From NCBI GenBank assembly GCA_907165135.1, contig OU015569.1:11718001-11782000 (forward strand): 64,000 nucleotides of DNA, written 5' to 3'. A model generated the notes under the pieces. The model was not told the origin of the DNA. It made no database searches and saw nothing but the letters and a program-made list of their open reading frames with translations. This document shows, piece after piece, positions 59,608 to 64,000 of the stretch. Position numbers and translations under genes: made by a program. Numbering within the stretch: the stretch's first letter is position 1; each line of letters opens with the position of its first letter. Source of the stretch: Oikopleura dioica (taxonomy: Eukaryota; Animalia; Chordata).

Positions 59608-59814
59608 ATGGAGAGACGAAATAACGAGCTCAAGTTTGAGGATTACGAGTCGGATGATCCTGAGAGAGCTCTAATAGGGCGCCTGTTTTGGAAGCCCCTG
59701 AAAGACATTGCTGCGAGTCTCCGTTTCAAAGACTTCCAATGCAAAATATGCCGCGAAGACATTGTAGATCCAGTAGTGACGGCCTGCTGCGACAGTTATG
59801 TTATTGCAGTTTGA
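59608..59814 (+). pseudogene. Truncated paralog of the adjacent RING gene
   Basis: ESDDPER...FWKPL...CKICREDIVDPVVTACCD, then a stop mid-RING. Confidence 0.6.
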
Positions 59815-59974
59815 GTAGTTAAAGAGCAGAGGTCTTCGTGTAGGTAGCAGTTTCGTGATCGAGAAAGATGATTGAGATTCTGTTTTGTGGACGAAATTTT
59901 GCGATTCTTCGGCGCCTGGTATAAAAGCGAGTTTCGTTTGCTGAAAACCTCACTCTCAAAATTAGTTTTGAAAG

Positions 59975-60685
59975 ATGGAGAGACCAAATTACGAGCTGCT
60001 GAAATTTGACGGTAACGAGTCAGATGATCCTGAGAGATCTCCAACAGGAGGCGTATTTTGGAAGCCCCTAAATGAAGATGGCACCGCTGCAAGACTTCAA
60101 CATGAAGATTTTCTTTGCAGAGAGTGTCGAAACGAGATTGATGATCCAGTAGTGACATCTTGCTGCGACAAATATGTTTGCCGAAAATGCTGGACAAACG
60201 ATCTTCACTCGCCCAAGCGTGATACTTATCATCTTGAATGTCCTATTTGTTGGAGCAGAGTTTCTTACAATCCGCCTATTCATAGTCACTGGTCTTATTC
60301 GCGCGGAACATTTTATCCTGCTTCAAAGTTTTATCTGAAGATGATAAATGCGCGAATGGTTCGATGCCGTGATAAAGAGTGCAAGGTAAAAGTCGCATTT
60401 AACTTTTTTTTTCTTCAACGAATTTTTAGATGGAAATGAAATATGAAGATTTCGATGAACACTGGAAAAAGTCATGCAGACGACTTGTCAGGTCAGATCT
60501 AATGTTTTCGGGAATCAGGATTGATAGAAAATTATAGATGTGATTTTTGCTACACAGAAAGTCGAGTATTTGAGGATCACCTGTGCGAAGGAAAATTTCA
60601 CGCGAAAAAAGAAGAGATGAAAAAGGAGCTTCAGGTTCAAGAAGAAAAGAACGAGGACTTGATGGCTAGACTTGGATATTACTAG
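59975..60685 (+). CDS. RING-like plus TRAF-type zinc-finger protein
   Basis: CRECRNEIDDPVVTSCCDKYVCRKC...CPIC, then CRDKECK|MEMKYEDFDEHWKKSC and a C-terminal coiled coil. Confidence 0.7.
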
Positions 60686-61214
60686 ACTAATAAAAGACTT
60701 GGAATTGCAACTTTGAGCGCTTTGCTACTACATGAGTACTGTCCTTCACTGTAATTGAAAAATTGGAAACAACATCATTGGAAATAACATCACTAAAAAT
60801 AAACTGAAAAACGGGACTTTGAATCTCATTTTTTGGAGATCTATTACGAGAACCACTGGTTCCTGAGGTGCAGGTTTCGGAATAACTAGTTCTTTACTCT
60901 AGAAAAGTGGTCTTCGAGTTTTTATCAACCATTTATTGAGAGGCTAATAAAAGGTACTAGCATAGCAAAGTCTACAATTTTTCTTCTGTCTGAGAGTCCG
61001 GGCAAAAAAGTGTCGCTGTCTCCAGAGTCGAGAAAGAGGAGTTCTCGCGCCTATTCGAGCGGAGCTGGCGTTTCTCGAAGAAAAATCAAGGAGGTGGACG
61101 ACGAACCAACCAGGACTTCTGAAGTCGCTCGAAAACCTTTCCACGTGCAAATCGACGTATAAATAGGCCTGATCCTGTCAGAAAAATTCATATTTTGAGA
61201 ATAACGAAGAGAAA

Positions 61215-62104
61215 ATGAACAAGCCAGCCCCATGTTTGTATATCAATGCTGGCTATGTTACGAGTTACGGGACAAGAGGACAGTGCCATGAATGCAAATT
61301 GTGAGTAAAATATTTTGCGAATAAAGATAAAAAAACTAGGGCGAGTGACAGGACAGCTTTGATATTAGAATCGAGATACTGCGCAGTGTGTGCGCCAAGA
61401 AAACTTCCTGCGAATACAACGGCGAAATACGAGCCAAGCGATGGGAAATTCAAGTGTCCGGCGAAAAATTGCAACGAGGATCAGCTTTCCTTCGAGCAAT
61501 TCGTCATTGGAACTTGCTGCGAAAAAGCAAGCAATCCGGAAAGGAATCGTGAGTACATTTTGGCAAAGCCGATAATTACAACAATTTTCAGGTAAATCTA
61601 CTACTAGGCTTATGTGGACCGTCAACCGAATTTATGAAAAAGCAAAAGACGAGGAATTTTCCGCAAATAAGAGGGCCGAAACATCAAAGAAGAAGGTCGA
61701 GGAGGCGAAGAAATCACTTGCAGAAGCCGAACAAGAAGAGAAGGATGCCGATGAAAATCTCGAAGCGAAGAAAGAATGGCGAAAGAAAGTTCAAAAACGT
61801 CGATTATTCGTCACGCTCGATGAAGCGAAAGAAGACAACCCTGAACTCGGTAAAACTATCTGTTTACTCGTGGCAATAATATTAATTTTCAGATGACACC
61901 ATCCTCATTAAGCAGTCGAAGATGGATGACAAACTCAAATGCAGCGTCTGCTTTGATCTTTATGATGACAATCGACCCCAAGTTGTCCTTATCACGTGCT
62001 TCCATCACTTTTGCGAAGCATGCATCAATGCTCTCCAGCCGAAGAACTGCCCGAAATGCCGAACTCGCTTCACTCCTGCCAAAGTCAAGAAGATCTTCGA
62101 TTGA
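61215..62104 (+). CDS. Zinc-finger/coiled-coil protein with a C-terminal C3HC4 RING
   Basis: CSVCFDLY...ITCFHHFCEAC...CPKCR in the last exon; upstream exons join through GT-AG introns. Confidence 0.8.
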
Positions 62105-62783
62105 ATTAACCCTGCCTGTATTCTCACTCTAGAATTTTTACATGCTCCGATCGTCTATCGTAGAGCAATTTAAAAATAAACCTAAAAAAAGATATTCCAA
62201 GTCCTATTTCTTGCATGTTTCACAAAATCATTTTTCTTTGCAACGAAAAAAAACCAGATGTTCTTTTTCGAAAATTTCATTTTTCAAGAATTCATTTATT
62301 TTTTGAACTTGACGTTTAAAAAAAACAATCAACGGGTTACGAACTGTACAGTTACTCTTTTGCAACATTAACTTACATTACTAGTTGCAGTTGGTTAATA
62401 AGATGAGTTTTCACTTTGGGTTGAAGAAATGATTTTGGGTCGCGTTGTTTTTTTTGTTGCCTTTTTGGAAAAAGAGATAAGACGATTTTTTAGACGAGGC
62501 GAGAAGAAAATTGAAATAAAAACACGAATTACTGTATTTTACTGTAAATACTTGAGGCGGAACTAGTTTCATGAAGTTGACGTGAAATTCGGTGGAGGTG
62601 ATGGCAAATATGAAAAGAAAGAAGATAATAATAATATTATTAATAATTGTATAAAGCGCTTTTTCGACGAAGATAAAGGGCTAGTCGATGATGCCTTGAA
62701 GTTGCTCTATCAACCACTCCTAAAATGATAAAAATGAGTATTACTTCTCAGAGAGAATCGAGGGAGGGACCATCTAGGCTCGG

Positions 62784-62862
62784 CAAACTGTGTAGGAAAC
62801 CTGAGTCAGGGACCTTTCTTTTAGGATCCTGACTCAGGTTTTCTACACAGGTTCCCAAGCTC
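62784..62862. mobile_element. CTGGGCTCGG-family MITE downstream of the last resolved CDS exon (probably intronic)
   Basis: CTAGGCTCGGCAAACTGTGTAGGAAACCTGAGTCAGGG ... CCTGACTCAGGTTTTCTACACAGGTTCCCAAGCTCAG; no clear TSD. Confidence 0.7.
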
Positions 62863-62879
62863 AGCTGATACCCGTGGAC

Positions 62880-64000
62880 TTACTCGATCAGCCGTAGAAA
62901 GCTTCATCGCGGCTAGAAGAACGGTCTGAACAGACGGAGTCCGAATAAAAGTGCTCAAGTAGACATTGGTAAATGACTGCATCACGAAATGACAATCCAT
63001 TCGATCTAAAAGAAGTATTCGTTGAATTCTTCGCCGGAGATTATAGCCGCTTACCCATGACGCCTCCATGGCCAGGAATTAAATCGCCAAAGTCTTTGAC
63101 TTTGAATGCTCGTTTGAATCCGGAAGCGAAGAAGCCGCCGAAAGGTGCAATGAAAGAGGCGAAAACGCCCAGCGCGGCGATGTGGTACTGGAACGGGCGG
63201 ATCAAAACCGTCTAAAATTTGGCATTTATCACCCTTTTTCATCCTGATTTTGGTACCTCGCCGACGCCGAACAAGCCAAACAGCGGTCGCAAAATGATCG
63301 GAACTGTATGTTCCACGGGAATGAAATACTCGGATGGCTCGCAAGTGGAAAGCACGTGCCAGTTGGCATCAAGTCGAACCGGACAAGTTAGAATCGGAAA
63401 ACGAGTCAAGAACCAGGAAAAAATGAAGCCCCAAATCAGCGTGCATATGAAACCACCGACGAACCCTTCCCAACTCTTTTTCGGCTGAAAAAACAACGGT
63501 GAGAAAGGTGCAAAAAGGAGTGGCAAACCGAGAGCTTGGTGAGAGGCTGGTTGATGAAACGCTTCCCAAGGAAGAACCCGCAAATATAGGCCCAAGTGTC
63601 GTTGGCGCAAACGAGCAGCACGGGAAGACAGAACCAGATCACTCCGTCGAATATATTTTGCATGCAGAGATGGCTCTGAAAGATCAGTACTCCTCTATGT
63701 CTCCAAAGTGAAACTTACGGATACAACGACCATGAGCAGAGTGCAGTGCGTCCAGCCGAACATGAAGAACTGCAAGCGATAGAAGGTCTTGACGAGGGAG
63801 CAGACGAAAGCGATAAAGCCGCAGCTGTACATTGCATAGGAAATGATGCGGTGGTGTTTGAAGAGGAAGTGCAACGCGACGTCCTTCTGGAGCACACTGC
63901 CGAAGTACTCGTTGATCGTCTCTCCGTAGAAGTAATAGTTGGCGCAGAAGAGGAAGTACCACGAGATCGAGCGGAACCACGGAAGCTCGTAGTTGCGGTA
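62880..64000 (-). CDS. CDS1/2: Phosphatidate cytidylyltransferase (CDP-diacylglycerol synthase), partial
   Basis: [89 protein letters not shown]. Confidence 0.95.

Noticed and set aside
1-64000. tRNA, rRNA or an autonomous transposase
   Set aside because: None recognised by eye; tRNAscan-SE, Infernal and a DDE-domain HMM search would be needed to exclude them.

Overview
Eukaryotic, gene-dense DNA with very short (about 43-70 nt) introns, several non-canonical GA-AG and GC-AG introns, AT-rich introns and GC-richer exons. This profile fits a larvacean tunicate (Oikopleura-like); that assignment is inference. Genes I can assemble across introns: an ASB2/14/15-like ankyrin protein, a 60-aa secreted peptide precursor, a GH18 chitinase with CBM14, a CREC-family EF-hand protein ending HDEL, a trypsin-like protease, a degenerate galactose-3-O-sulfotransferase, a Thr-rich mucin-like protein, two tandem Cys-rich/kelch-like paralogs, an active-site-intact rhomboid, a coiled-coil/HhH protein, three RING genes and CDP-diacylglycerol synthase. 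The window is saturated with non-autonomous inverted-repeat DNA transposons, many with 8-bp target-site duplications (TSDs); I found no transposase. The main finding is a set of elements ending CTGGG...CCCAG, which puts a CAG splice acceptor at the 3' end in either orientation. Three copies interrupt otherwise intact coding exons (an EF-hand loop, next to the protease catalytic Asp, and the HhH gene) and seem tolerable only if spliced out, i.e. an introner-like intron-generating system. A 5.2-kb hAT-like composite carrying 53-bp hairpin satellites has its empty site visible in the neighbouring paralogous duplication.
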